64,000 nt of DNA from Erysipelotrichaceae bacterium (GTDB taxonomy: Bacteria > Bacillota_I > Bacilli_A > Erysipelotrichales > Erysipelotrichaceae), in assembly GCA_022780745.1 (NCBI GenBank), contig JALEVB010000018.1, positions 2,240-66,239 of the forward strand, read 5' to 3'. Both the position numbers and the translations under genes were made by a program. This document shows positions 38,323 to 48,301 of the stretch, piece after piece. The number at the start of each line of letters is the position of its first letter. Position 1 is the stretch's first letter. A model generated the notes under the pieces. It saw nothing but the letters and a program-made list of their open reading frames with translations. It was not told the origin of the DNA and did not search any database.

Positions 38323-39241
38323 GTTCTTTTAAACTCTTTCTAACATTTTGAACATCCTGTTCTAGCTGTAAAGCAAGATTACTTTTATTACTAAAACATT
38401 TTTCATCTCTTAAGTAATGATCAAATTCCAAAATAATAGTTTCATCATATATTTCAGCTTTAAAATCTAGGATATGAGCTTCAATAGATAAAGCATCACT
38501 ATGATTAAATGTCGGATTATGACCAATATTGATCATTGTTTTATACCAGATATTTCTAACATTGATATATCCTGCATATACTCCACTTTTTAACATAATA
38601 AACTCATCATCTACTTTAATATTAGCAGTAGGAAAACCAATAGTACGACCTTGTTTGTGACCATGGATAACTTTACCAAAAACCTGATAACGATAATCCA
38701 ATAAACGATTAGCCATCTCAATATTTCCTTCTTCTATTAATTTAGTTATTCTAGTAGTAGATATTTTTTCATTATCCTCACTAACACAATCAACCATGAT
38801 AGTATTCATAAATCTATTATGTTTTAAACTATCAATATTGCCCTTTCCGCAATATCCATAATGAAAATCAAAACCACAGATCAAGCTATGGATATTTAAG
38901 GGTTTTAATACTTTCAATTCAAAATCATCAGGCTCTAAATCAGCCATTTCCTTTGTAAATTGTAATATAATAATATTCTTTATTCCTAACTTAGCTGCTA
39001 AATTGATCCTTTGTTTCATCGTTTGAATATGTTTAACATTCTTTAAACCTTTGATCGTTACCCAAGGATCAGGTTCAAAAGTAATTAAACTAGGTTCTAA
39101 ATTCTGTTTATTTGCCTCTTCGATCGTCGTCGCAATTAATTTCTTATGACCTAAATGTAAACCATCAAAATAACCAATACAGGCAACGATTGGTTTTTTG
39201 GCAATATATGGTTTATCTAAACTAAATTGAATAATACGCAT
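38315..39241 (-). CDS. ribF: bifunctional riboflavin kinase / FMN adenylyltransferase (start at ATG 39241)
   Basis: ACIGYFDGLHLGHKKL and GRTIGFPTANI blocks. The ATG lies 1 nt after the truB stop. Confidence 0.9.
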   Translation of the reverse strand: MRIIQFSLDKPYIAKKPIVACIGYFDGLHLGHKKLIATTIEEANKQNLEPSLITFEPDPWVTIKGLKNVKHIQTMKQRINLAAKLGIKNIIILQFTKEMADLEPDDFELKVLKPLNIHSLICGFDFHYGYCGKGNIDSLKHNRFMNTIMVDCVSEDNEKISTTRITKLIEEGNIEMANRLLDYRYQVFGKVIHGHKQGRTIGFPTANIKVDDEFIMLKSGVYAGYINVRNIWYKTMINIGHNPTFNHSDALSIEAHILDFKAEIYDETIILEFDHYLRDEKCFSNKSNLALQLEQDVQNVRKSLKEHE

Positions 39242-39242
39242 C

Positions 39243-40091
39243 TTAAAACAACCCTCTTTTACATTTATAAATACTATCACTTACTTTTTCATAAGCAGCT
39301 AAAACCATATCATTATTAACTAGGATAATAATATCATCACTAGCATTGATATTGATTCTTTTACCATTTTTAATATCATTGACCATATTATCATCAACAT
39401 TGATCATAGGATAATTATTATTTATAACTTCATATGGTTTTATATCATCTATGTGTTCAGATACTTCATCAATACTTATTGCTTTATCAAGACTTAGATC
39501 CTGGATCTTTGTTCTTACTAAAGAAGTCATACAGCCATAATTATCACATTTTGAAGCGATATCTTCACATAAAGATCTTATATATGTTCCACTAGAAACA
39601 ACCACTCTAAAGCTAAATTCATCTTCATGATATGTTAATAATTCAATATCATATATTTCAATATTTCTAGCTTCTCTAGCAACTTCGATATTTTCTCTAG
39701 CTAATTCATATAGTTTTTTACCATTTTTCTTAATAGCCGAATACATAGGAGGAATCTGTTGCTGTTTACCTAAAAATGATTTTAATAAGGTTTTTAAATC
39801 ATTCTCATCTATTTTATTAACTTCTTTGGTATCTATAGTATTGCCCCAGATGTCTAAAGTATCAGTTTTAATACCAAATTTCATAGACGCAATATATTCT
39901 TTTTTATCATGATCACAATATGGCAATAACTTGGTATACTTGCCACATAAGACAATTAATAAACCAGTAGCGTTAGGATCTAAGGTTCCAGTATGTCCTA
40001 CACTTCTTTCATGTAAACTTTTTTTAATACGATGACATACATCAAAAGATGTCATACCTTCTGGTTTATTTATCAAAAAAATTGCATCCAT
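39243..40091 (-). CDS. truB: tRNA pseudouridine(55) synthase TruB (start at ATG 40091)
   Basis: INKPEGMTSFDV and GHTGTLDPNATGLL (catalytic Asp). GAGGT RBS upstream. Confidence 0.92.
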   Translation of the reverse strand: MDAIFLINKPEGMTSFDVCHRIKKSLHERSVGHTGTLDPNATGLLIVLCGKYTKLLPYCDHDKKEYIASMKFGIKTDTLDIWGNTIDTKEVNKIDENDLKTLLKSFLGKQQQIPPMYSAIKKNGKKLYELARENIEVAREARNIEIYDIELLTYHEDEFSFRVVVSSGTYIRSLCEDIASKCDNYGCMTSLVRTKIQDLSLDKAISIDEVSEHIDDIKPYEVINNNYPMINVDDNMVNDIKNGKRININASDDIIILVNNDMVLAAYEKVSDSIYKCKRGLF

Positions 40092-40165
40092 TTTATCAAC
40101 CTCATGTGTAATCATTATACTATATTTTATGTTATAATACGAAAAATAAGAAGGAGCAATTTTTT

Positions 40166-40924
40166 ATGTCAGTTAAAAAATTAATTGGATTGATTAGAAA
40201 AGCTGATAAAGCATATAAACTTATAGATGAAAACGATCGTATAGCTATTGGCGTTAGTGGCGGTAAAGATAGTATGTTACTACTTTATTGCATGCGTAAA
40301 TATCAGGATGTTGCTGCCAGATTTGACAATAAACATTTTGAAATCGTTGGTATCCATTTAGAAATGGGGTTTTCAAATATGAATTTCGATGAAGTTGTAG
40401 CTTTCTGTAAAAAAGAAAGTATTGAATATTATGATATTCCAACTAGAATGTATGATATTTTAAAGCTAAATAATAACGAGGATGATACATTAAAATGTTC
40501 ATTATGTTCTAAATTTAAAAAAGGAGCTGTAATAAAAGAAGCTAAAAGACTTCACTGTAACAAAACAGCATTTGCTCATCATGCAGATGATGCAATTGAA
40601 ACATTATTATTAAATATGATATATGGAGGCAAAATTGCTACTTTCGCTCCTAAAATGTATTTAACTGATTCGGATATGACTTTTATTAGGCCATTTGTTT
40701 ATTGCCATGAAGATATTATTTCTCAAACAGCATCAAGTATAAATCTACCTATTGTTAAAAGTACTTGTCCTAACGATGGCTTTACCAAAAGACAGGATAT
40801 TAAAGAATTAGTAAATCAGATATATAGTACTTATCCAAGTGCTCGTAATAACTTATTATTATCTTTACATAATCTATCACAACTAGATCTATGGGAAGAA
40901 CAGATAAAAAATGAAGATAAATAA
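40166..40924 (+). CDS. PP-loop ATPase of the TtcA/TtuA-like tRNA thiolation family
   Basis: AIGVSGGKDSMLLL PP-loop plus CSLCSKF (CxxC) and a second Cys block STCPNDG. AAGGAG RBS. Confidence 0.75.
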   Translation: MSVKKLIGLIRKADKAYKLIDENDRIAIGVSGGKDSMLLLYCMRKYQDVAARFDNKHFEIVGIHLEMGFSNMNFDEVVAFCKKESIEYYDIPTRMYDILKLNNNEDDTLKCSLCSKFKKGAVIKEAKRLHCNKTAFAHHADDAIETLLLNMIYGGKIATFAPKMYLTDSDMTFIRPFVYCHEDIISQTASSINLPIVKSTCPNDGFTKRQDIKELVNQIYSTYPSARNNLLLSLHNLSQLDLWEEQIKNEDK

Positions 40925-40935
40925 GCTTTTTAATA

Positions 40936-41192
40936 TTGACAAATAGTTTTATTGCTTATATAGTTAAGGACATAAAATAAATTATAGAGGTAGCGATGTA
41001 AATTAGTACTTATTTGTAGTTGGCAAACGTTTGAAAAATAAGGAAAGGTAATCATCGCCGAACATCTTTATCTGGCAGGTTAAAGATGTGGGGTTATAAG
41101 TAATACTTATAACACTCCTACATATTCTTTATGTAGAGGCGCTATTATATACGAATAGTTCACCGTATGTAATAGACATGCGGTTTATTTTA
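40936..41192 (+). promoter_or_regulatory. promoter plus lysine riboswitch (L-box) with terminator
   Basis: -35 TTGACA (40936-40941), 17-nt spacer, -10 TATAGT (40959-40964). L-box blocks by eye: AGAGGTAGCG, AGTAC, GGAAAGG, CATCGCCGAA, TCTGGCAGG, the P5-like hairpin CTACAT-attcttt-ATGTAG followed by AGGCGCTAT. Terminator accgtatg/catgcggt (41162-41184) followed by TTATTTTA. Confidence 0.7.
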
Positions 41193-41215
41193 TGTAAAAG
41201 GAAAGAGGAAAAAAA

Positions 41216-42034
41216 ATGAAAAAATTATTATGTTTATTGCTTGCAATGATGCTTGTTGGATGTTCATCATCTACAAGTGAAGGTTCAACTACTACAGAAA
41301 CTACTAAAGATACTTTTACTGTAGGTATGGAATGTGACTATGCTCCATTTAACTGGACACAAGTTGAAGATAGTGAAACTGCTGTTAAGATTTCTGATGT
41401 TGATTATTGTGATGGTTATGATGTTGTTATGGCAACAAGAATCGCTAATGAATTAGGGTTAGAATTACAAGTTAAGAAAGTGTCTTGGGATAACTTGATT
41501 CCTTCTATCAATAATGGTGATATTGATGCCATCATTGCTGGTATGACTGATACTGAAGAAAGACGTCAAGAAGTTGACTTTACTGATCCTTATTATGCTT
41601 CTCAAATGGTAGTTATTGTTAAGGCAGATAGTGATCTAGTAAATATTAGTGATATTCAGGAATTATCAGGTAAAAAAGTTATGGGTCAATTGGCTACTTT
41701 ATATGATGATGTAATTGATCAGATCGATGGTGTTATTCATATGACTCCACAAGATGCATACCCTCGTATGGTATTAGCATTAAATGAAGGTGAAGTAGAC
41801 GCTATTACTGCTGAAATGCCTGTTGCTCAAGGTGTAGTAGCTGCTAATGAAGGTTTAGCAATTGTTACATTTGAAGAAGGTCATGGCTTTGTTGCTGATA
41901 CTACTGTTTCAATTGCTTTAGCTAAAAATTCAGAATTAAAAGATCAGATCAATGATATTTTAAGTAATATCTCTCAAGATGAAAGAAACCAGATCATGCT
42001 TGATGCTACTGATCGTCAGCCTGCTACAAACTAA
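41216..42034 (+). CDS. amino-acid ABC transporter substrate-binding lipoprotein
   Basis: Signal peptide with lipobox LLAMMLVGC. Family-3 SBP blocks FTVGMECDYAPFNW, IDAIIAGMTDTEERR and VDFTDPYY. Confidence 0.85.
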   Translation: MKKLLCLLLAMMLVGCSSSTSEGSTTTETTKDTFTVGMECDYAPFNWTQVEDSETAVKISDVDYCDGYDVVMATRIANELGLELQVKKVSWDNLIPSINNGDIDAIIAGMTDTEERRQEVDFTDPYYASQMVVIVKADSDLVNISDIQELSGKKVMGQLATLYDDVIDQIDGVIHMTPQDAYPRMVLALNEGEVDAITAEMPVAQGVVAANEGLAIVTFEEGHGFVADTTVSIALAKNSELKDQINDILSNISQDERNQIMLDATDRQPATN

Positions 42035-42810
42035 TGGAATTTCTTACAAATTGTCTTAATATTGTTTTAAGATATTATCCAAGTTTTATTCTTGGTATTA
42101 AAACAACATTATTAATAGCATTTACAGGAACTATTATTGGCTTGATCCTAGGTTTGCTGGTTGGTGGGATCAAAGCTATTAAGCTAGATAAAACTGCTGG
42201 TACCTTTAGTATAATTATTAAAAAAGTTTATGATATTATAGCTACTATTTATATTGAAGTATTTAGAGGAACTCCAATGATGGTTCAGGCAGTATTCTTA
42301 TATTATGCTTTACGCCCTATTTTTCATTGGACATATGTTGTAGCTGCAATATTTGTTATTAGTGTTAACACTGGGGCTTATATGGCTGAAATCGTTAGAA
42401 GTGGTATTCAATCTATTGATATTGGACAAACAGAGGCTGCTAGAAGTTTAGGTATGTCTAATTTCCAGACTATGATAAATATTATTCTACCTCAAGCCAT
42501 CAAGAATGCTTTTCCAGCTATAGGAAATGAGTTTATTGTTAATATCAAAGACAGCTCTGTTTTAATGATCATTTCTATTACTGAATTAATGTTTGAAGCA
42601 AAATCAATTGCTGGTAGTACTTATAAATTTACTGAAACATATTTCGTTACTGCATGTATTTATTTGTTCTTAACATCAATTACTAGCTTTATCTTACATT
42701 TGATTGAAAATAAAATGAATCATTCCAGAACTACTATTCCGCAATCATCAACTAATGCTGATGCATTAAAAATAGCAAAGGAGAAAAACTATGAGCCACC
42801 AGTTGATTAA
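42034..42810 (+). CDS. amino-acid ABC transporter permease (His/Glu/Gln/Arg/opine family)
   Basis: Polar amino-acid permease signature [22 protein letters not shown] (EAA loop) and multiple TM helices. Confidence 0.9.
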   Translation: MEFLTNCLNIVLRYYPSFILGIKTTLLIAFTGTIIGLILGLLVGGIKAIKLDKTAGTFSIIIKKVYDIIATIYIEVFRGTPMMVQAVFLYYALRPIFHWTYVVAAIFVISVNTGAYMAEIVRSGIQSIDIGQTEAARSLGMSNFQTMINIILPQAIKNAFPAIGNEFIVNIKDSSVLMIISITELMFEAKSIAGSTYKFTETYFVTACIYLFLTSITSFILHLIENKMNHSRTTIPQSSTNADALKIAKEKNYEPPVD

Positions 42811-43525
42811 AATTAATAATGTTCATAAGAACTTTGGCCATCTTCAGGTATTAAAAGGTGTCAGCTTCAACGTTGATAAAAATGATGTAGTATGTTTGAT
42901 CGGTGCAAGTGGTTCTGGTAAATCAACAATGCTAAGATGTATCAACCTATTGGAGGTTGCTGATAGTGGCGAAATTATAGTTGATAATGAAGATATCCTT
43001 AAGATCAAAGATATTAATCACTATCGTCAAAAGGTTGGCATGGTATTTCAGCAGTTTAATTTATTTAACAATATGACAGTATTAAAAAACTGTATGATAG
43101 CTCAGGAAAAAGTATTAAAAATATCAAAAGAGAAAGCCAAGGAAAAAGCATTATATTTCTTAAATAAAGTTGGTATGCTTGATTTTGCTTATGCCAATGC
43201 CAGTACTTTATCTGGTGGTCAAAAACAAAGAGTTGCCATTGCTCGTGCATTATGTATGGATCCTGAAATATTATTATTTGATGAACCGACAAGTGCCCTT
43301 GATCCTGAAATGGTTGGAGAAGTTCTAGATGTAATGAAAAATCTTGCTAAAGAAGGATTAACAATGGTTATTGTCACTCATGAAATGAGTTTTGCTAAAG
43401 AAGTTAGTAATAAAGTAGTATTTATGGCTGATGGCATTATTGAGGAACAAGGTACACCTGATCAGATATTTAATCATCCTCAAAAAGAAAAGACTAAAGC
43501 ATTTTTGGCTAGAGTTATTAGATAA
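42791..43525 (+). CDS. amino-acid ABC transporter ATP-binding protein
   Basis: Walker [10 protein letters not shown], signature LSGGQKQR, Walker [12 protein letters not shown]. GlnQ/HisP-like length. Confidence 0.95.
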   Translation: MSHQLIKINNVHKNFGHLQVLKGVSFNVDKNDVVCLIGASGSGKSTMLRCINLLEVADSGEIIVDNEDILKIKDINHYRQKVGMVFQQFNLFNNMTVLKNCMIAQEKVLKISKEKAKEKALYFLNKVGMLDFAYANASTLSGGQKQRVAIARALCMDPEILLFDEPTSALDPEMVGEVLDVMKNLAKEGLTMVIVTHEMSFAKEVSNKVVFMADGIIEEQGTPDQIFNHPQKEKTKAFLARVIR

Positions 43526-43544
43526 CATAAGCTATAATTACTTT

Positions 43545-44369
43545 ATGAAAATCAAAAGAATATACATTGAGATAACCAATAACTGCAATTTACATTGCAG
43601 TTTTTGTGTACCAAATTCAAGAAATAAAAAATATATGAGTATTGATGAATTTGAACATATTATTAAACAAATCAAAGACATCAGCTCATATATTTATTTA
43701 CATGTACAAGGTGAACCTTTACTACACCCCTATTTTGATCAGATATTAACCATTTGTGATAATTATGATATGCATGTTCAATTAGTAACTAATGGTACTT
43801 TCATTGATAAACATATGAATATTTATCAGCATCCTTCTTTAAGAAAGATAAGTTTTTCTTTGCATTCTATCGACTATCAGTTAATAGATCCTGATATATA
43901 TATTAACAATATTCTATCTTTTGTTAAATCTGCTAGTAAGAATTGTTTTATTGAATTACGTTTTTGGACTATTGATAATATATCTTATAAGATGCAAAAA
44001 ATCATTGATCTTTTAAAACGTGATCATCATTTTGAATTAACTTCTAAAAAACTAAGTTACAAATTATCAGATAATCTTTATATTTACTTTCAAAACAGCT
44101 TTACTTGGCCTATAAATGCTCACAATCATCATATTAATGGTTTCTGCTATGCTGCTAATAATATGTTAGCTATATTGGTTAATGGTGATGTATCGATATG
44201 CTGTTTAGATAGTGATGGCAAGATCAATATTGGAAATATTTTTGAAACTGATATCAAAAAGATCTTAACTAGTCAGCATTATAAAGATATTATTAGCGCA
44301 TTTAATCAAAATAAATGTATTGAAAGCTTATGCCAGCAGTGTACATATCGTGATCGTTTTAATAAATAA
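43545..44369 (+). CDS. small radical SAM protein with SPASM/twitch-type C-terminal Cys motif (start at ATG 43545)
   Basis: CNLHCSFC (CX3CX2C) at aa 13-20. C-terminal C-X12-G-X4-C (FCYAANNMLAILVNGDVSICC) followed by CIESLCQQC. The ORF-track N-terminal extension overlaps the ABC ATPase gene. Confidence 0.8.
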   Translation: MKIKRIYIEITNNCNLHCSFCVPNSRNKKYMSIDEFEHIIKQIKDISSYIYLHVQGEPLLHPYFDQILTICDNYDMHVQLVTNGTFIDKHMNIYQHPSLRKISFSLHSIDYQLIDPDIYINNILSFVKSASKNCFIELRFWTIDNISYKMQKIIDLLKRDHHFELTSKKLSYKLSDNLYIYFQNSFTWPINAHNHHINGFCYAANNMLAILVNGDVSICCLDSDGKINIGNIFETDIKKILTSQHYKDIISAFNQNKCIESLCQQCTYRDRFNK

Positions 44370-44613
44370 GTAATGTAGTTCCTTCACTTAAATATAGATC
44401 TTTAACTTTTTTGTTTAATTCAATAAATCTATTAGTATATTTTTCATATACTAATAGATTATTGCTGGAATTATAAGTATTACTGATTTCATCTTTGACC
44501 ATGATCAGTATTAATTCGATATTAGCTAATAATGTTCTATTAATATCTAGATTACAATCATAACATTTATTAGCCATAACTATTTCTATTGAACAATTCA
44601 AATCATTCTTCAA
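44359..44613 (-). CDS. hypothetical 84-codon ORF coupled to essC (TTG start; first ATG at 44577)
   Basis: It is the only open frame in the 234 nt between essC and the radical SAM gene, which is unusual for DNA this rich in stop triplets. The TTG start overlaps the essC TGA. It contains CYDC and a perfect 15-bp hairpin lies inside it. Confidence 0.4.
   Translation of the reverse strand: MKNDLNCSIEIVMANKCYDCNLDINRTLLANIELILIMVKDEISNTYNSSNNLLVYEKYTNRFIELNKKVKDLYLSEGTTLLIY
44426..44460. repeat. perfect 15-bp inverted repeat (hairpin, 5-nt loop) at the convergent operon junction
   Basis: aatctattagtatat-ttttc-atatactaatagatt. On the minus strand the hairpin is followed by TTTATTGAATT. Confidence 0.85.
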
Positions 44614-47600
44614 TTATTCTTATCCTTTCTATTCTACCTTTGTTATATACGATTGCTTCATTTTCAAGCAAGTCATTTTTTAGATGATAATTAATAATAT
44701 ACTGCTGATTAAAACCATCACCTACATAAACCATATATTCATATGTTTTCTGATCATGTTTTTTTAGATAATTATTGAGTTCAACTAGATAAATATCTGC
44801 TTTAGTTTCAATATCATTAATACTGATAGTTTTAAATTTATTTAATATTTTGGCTAAATTTTCTAGTACATATAAGTATTTGCTAATAATTAGAACTGGA
44901 AAACTATTTAGGCAGTAAGCTTCATAGGTTTTATAACTTATTCCTATATTCATGATTCTTTCATCAAAAATGACTTTATTTATCGTTGGAATGATCTTAG
45001 CAGTTATTCCCTGATAGATATGGTTAGCTATGCATTGTTTTATCATATCTTTAGTTACATCAATAATATAGAATGATAATAAATGTTTATCATAATAAAT
45101 ACCATAGTGGATATCCGCTATACTATTCTTTACTTCTATCGTATTAAAGATATTGATAAGTTCATTGTATTGTGAAATACCATATGCAATTTTTTTAGTA
45201 AAAAGATTCTGAAATTTTATATTAATAGTACTAGGTTTATAGGCAAAACATATAAAATGTAACTGATAGTGTTCGTAATTCAAGATCATTTCATATAGAT
45301 CAGCTAATAAAGGTTCATAGTCACTAAAGAATAGATTAAAGTTATTTATGACTAGATAATTATGTTTTTTATGATCAATAAATCGAAATAAATTGGTTAT
45401 TTTTTCTTTATCATTGACGATATTGATAAAACTTATATTCTGATATTCTTTATCTAAATCATCGTTAAGATCAATAATATAAATATCATCCTGATATGGA
45501 TCACAAATTTTCAGTAAATTATAAATATACATATTCATAAAACTTTTAATATATTGATTATTATGACAATATACAAGTAATGGTTCATTATGATATAGAT
45601 AGTAATTTTGATTTAGATAATAATCATCTACTATACCTAGCAGTATTCCTTTATTGCGATAATATATCACGTTTTGACTATTATCTATTTTATCGATCCA
45701 TAGTTTTTCGTTTAGATCACTGGTTTGACATATCCTAGCTAATAAAGCATCGATTTGTTTGATTTCATTCTCTTTTTCAAAACACAATTGATCTTTTACC
45801 TCTTTCATTTCATCTAAGATCTCTACACGATTTTTATTCTTTATTTTATCAATGCTGCTAAAACCATAGGCACATATTCCTTTTGTCAATTCCTGGTCAC
45901 AATATAGATAAAAACTGCCAGCTTTTTTTAAATGGCAAGCCATATCATTACCTATCAGTTCCTGTGAATCATTTTTATTTTGTACTTTTAAGCAGATCCG
46001 AAAATGAGTATTACTCATGATATTATCATCTACATTGCCACTGGCTTTCTGGGTTGATAAGATCAGATGGATGCCTAAGCTTCTGCCAATGCGGGAAATT
46101 GATATCAAATCATTTATAAAGTCAGGATACTGATTCTTTAATTGTGCAAATTCATCGACAATAATGATCAGATGAGATAAATATGGTATATGCATATTTT
46201 CATTATATAACCTTTGATATTTATCAATATTCATCTCACTTTCATTAGTTAGATATAACATCTGGTTAAATAATTCTTGTCTTTTGATACATTCATTATT
46301 GAGATTAACTAAGCAGCGATCGATCATATTAGCATCTAGATTTGATATACAGCCATATAAATGAGGAAGATGATAGTTATTATTGTCAAAAGTTTTTATT
46401 AGTCCTGCACCCTTAAAATCAATAATAATAAACTTTAGATCTTTTGGGTCATATTTAATACTTAACAGAATAATTAAACTAATAATAAATTGGGATTTAC
46501 CACTTCCTGTAGATCCCACGATTATACCATGAGGACCATTAGCTTTTTCACTAAGATCTAAACTAATAGGTTCATTATTGAGCTGATAGCCAATAATTAC
46601 CTTCAAATCGTGATAACTATGATTTTTATGATAATTACTTAGGATATCAATTTCTTTGATATCACTAATATTTAAGACATCAAATAATGTTACCTGGGAT
46701 AAAACTTTAGTGGTTTGTATGTTATTTAGTCTTAAATATAATTTCTCTAGATCAACTTTTTCATATTTAAAATCAAAGTTAATTATTCGATTTTCCTTAT
46801 CAATGATTTGTTTATCATTGATCAAAATATCGTTATCATTTAGCACATCACTTAAATAATAATTAATGAATATTCCCTTTTTATTAACATTTTTAGCTAG
46901 TTTCAAATTCTGACTAATGAAAATAATATCTTCTTTGATTTCTAGTTCATTAAATCTTTTAACCTGATCGATATTAGTTAATATCAGTCTAATATTGTGA
47001 TAATTACAATGAGGTATGAGTCTGATATAAGTATTTGACTGGTAATATGCTTTATCAATGATAAAACATAGTTTTAGATCCTGATAATTGAAGTAAGTAG
47101 TTAATTGCAAAATGATATATTCTAGAATATTTTTATTATTAATAGCTATATTATGATATTTTTTTAAATCTAGCGTATATATTGAATCATGATATCTTAT
47201 GGATGCGATAAAGTCTTGATAGATTTGATATGCTTCATCATTTATATCAATATCTAGTTCATTATATTTTATATTAGTTGTTATATTGCTTATACCTAAT
47301 GCAATAGTTAAATAGTCAATATTGTCTTTATTTTTACTATATAAAATATTATTTAATTCTAGGCTTTTATCATATAGTTCTCTAAAGCCTAAAAAACGTT
47401 CATTTATGCTTGATTTTAATGTTATAAGATATTTATCCACTTCTATCTTTAACATTGCTAATTTAGCCTTAAAATCCTCTATCCTTTCATTTTGTTTATT
47501 ATGATACTTTTTAACCTCATACCTTCTTTGTAATGGAATAACCAGGATACTAGAAAGGATCATAGTACAAGGCATAATAAGCATAGGAATTACTTCAATG

Positions 47601-48301
47601 ATCTTTCTTTGATTTAATAATGCATTATAAGTCATTATGATACCATTGACCAAAGAAGCACTAGCCATAAGAACTGATGGAATAATAACATATTTTAAAG
47701 GCATAGGATCAAAGTTAACTAAAGGCTTAACATTAGGTATTTTTATTGTTAAAGCTTCACAATAATTAAAAGCTCTAAACTTACATACATAATATAACGG
47801 CTTAATAACATCACTAATAATTTCATGTTTAATATTTTCAACTTTAACCAAAGAAACTAAAATATTCAAACATTGATTGACCATAATAAAATCATTATGA
47901 ATAACCATTCTTAAATTAATTAGACATATAACTTCATCATTAGCATAATGATAAACTTTATTAAATCTTAAATCATTGATCGTATGTAAATTAGTATCAA
48001 TAATCAAGGTTTTCTCATCTAAAGAACTGTCCTGAACCCATATATCATTATCAATATTATTACCGATAGTAATAACACTTTTAACATCATATTTCTGATA
48101 ATTATTATACCCATCTAAATATTTACTAAAAATAACATGATACTGATCATAATCAAAGTTATTACAAGATTTAAATTCATGATCATTGATCATTAAAATA
48201 TCAGCTTTAAAACAAATTATTAAATTTTCAAAATAGCACCTTTGACCATCATTCAATAAAGTAATACAGGCATCTTTATGATATATATAGGCTAACTGCA
48301 T
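44603..48301 (-). CDS. essC: T7SSb FtsK/SpoIIIE-family ATPase EssC/YukB, short form
   Basis: N-terminal FHA-like region (VITIGNNIDNDIWVQD) and two TM helices. Blocks nearly identical to S. aureus EssC D1: EKANGPHGIIVGSTGSGKSQ, IIIVDEFAQLK, SRIGRSLGIHLILSTQKASG. Confidence 0.9.
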   Translation of the reverse strand: MQLAYIYHKDACITLLNDGQRCYFENLIICFKADILMINDHEFKSCNNFDYDQYHVIFSKYLDGYNNYQKYDVKSVITIGNNIDNDIWVQDSSLDEKTLIIDTNLHTINDLRFNKVYHYANDEVICLINLRMVIHNDFIMVNQCLNILVSLVKVENIKHEIISDVIKPLYYVCKFRAFNYCEALTIKIPNVKPLVNFDPMPLKYVIIPSVLMASASLVNGIIMTYNALLNQRKIIEVIPMLIMPCTMILSSILVIPLQRRYEVKKYHNKQNERIEDFKAKLAMLKIEVDKYLITLKSSINERFLGFRELYDKSLELNNILYSKNKDNIDYLTIALGISNITTNIKYNELDIDINDEAYQIYQDFIASIRYHDSIYTLDLKKYHNIAINNKNILEYIILQLTTYFNYQDLKLCFIIDKAYYQSNTYIRLIPHCNYHNIRLILTNIDQVKRFNELEIKEDIIFISQNLKLAKNVNKKGIFINYYLSDVLNDNDILINDKQIIDKENRIINFDFKYEKVDLEKLYLRLNNIQTTKVLSQVTLFDVLNISDIKEIDILSNYHKNHSYHDLKVIIGYQLNNEPISLDLSEKANGPHGIIVGSTGSGKSQFIISLIILLSIKYDPKDLKFIIIDFKGAGLIKTFDNNNYHLPHLYGCISNLDANMIDRCLVNLNNECIKRQELFNQMLYLTNESEMNIDKYQRLYNENMHIPYLSHLIIIVDEFAQLKNQYPDFINDLISISRIGRSLGIHLILSTQKASGNVDDNIMSNTHFRICLKVQNKNDSQELIGNDMACHLKKAGSFYLYCDQELTKGICAYGFSSIDKIKNKNRVEILDEMKEVKDQLCFEKENEIKQIDALLARICQTSDLNEKLWIDKIDNSQNVIYYRNKGILLGIVDDYYLNQNYYLYHNEPLLVYCHNNQYIKSFMNMYIYNLLKICDPYQDDIYIIDLNDDLDKEYQNISFINIVNDKEKITNLFRFIDHKKHNYLVINNFNLFFSDYEPLLADLYEMILNYEHYQLHFICFAYKPSTINIKFQNLFTKKIAYGISQYNELINIFNTIEVKNSIADIHYGIYYDKHLLSFYIIDVTKDMIKQCIANHIYQGITAKIIPTINKVIFDERIMNIGISYKTYEAYCLNSFPVLIISKYLYVLENLAKILNKFKTISINDIETKADIYLVELNNYLKKHDQKTYEYMVYVGDGFNQQYIINYHLKNDLLENEAIVYNKGRIERIRIIEE

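Noticed and set aside
43431-43544. N-terminal 38-codon extension of the radical SAM ORF
   Set aside because: It overlaps the 3' end of the ABC ATPase gene in another frame. The radical SAM motif begins 13 residues after the ATG at 43545.
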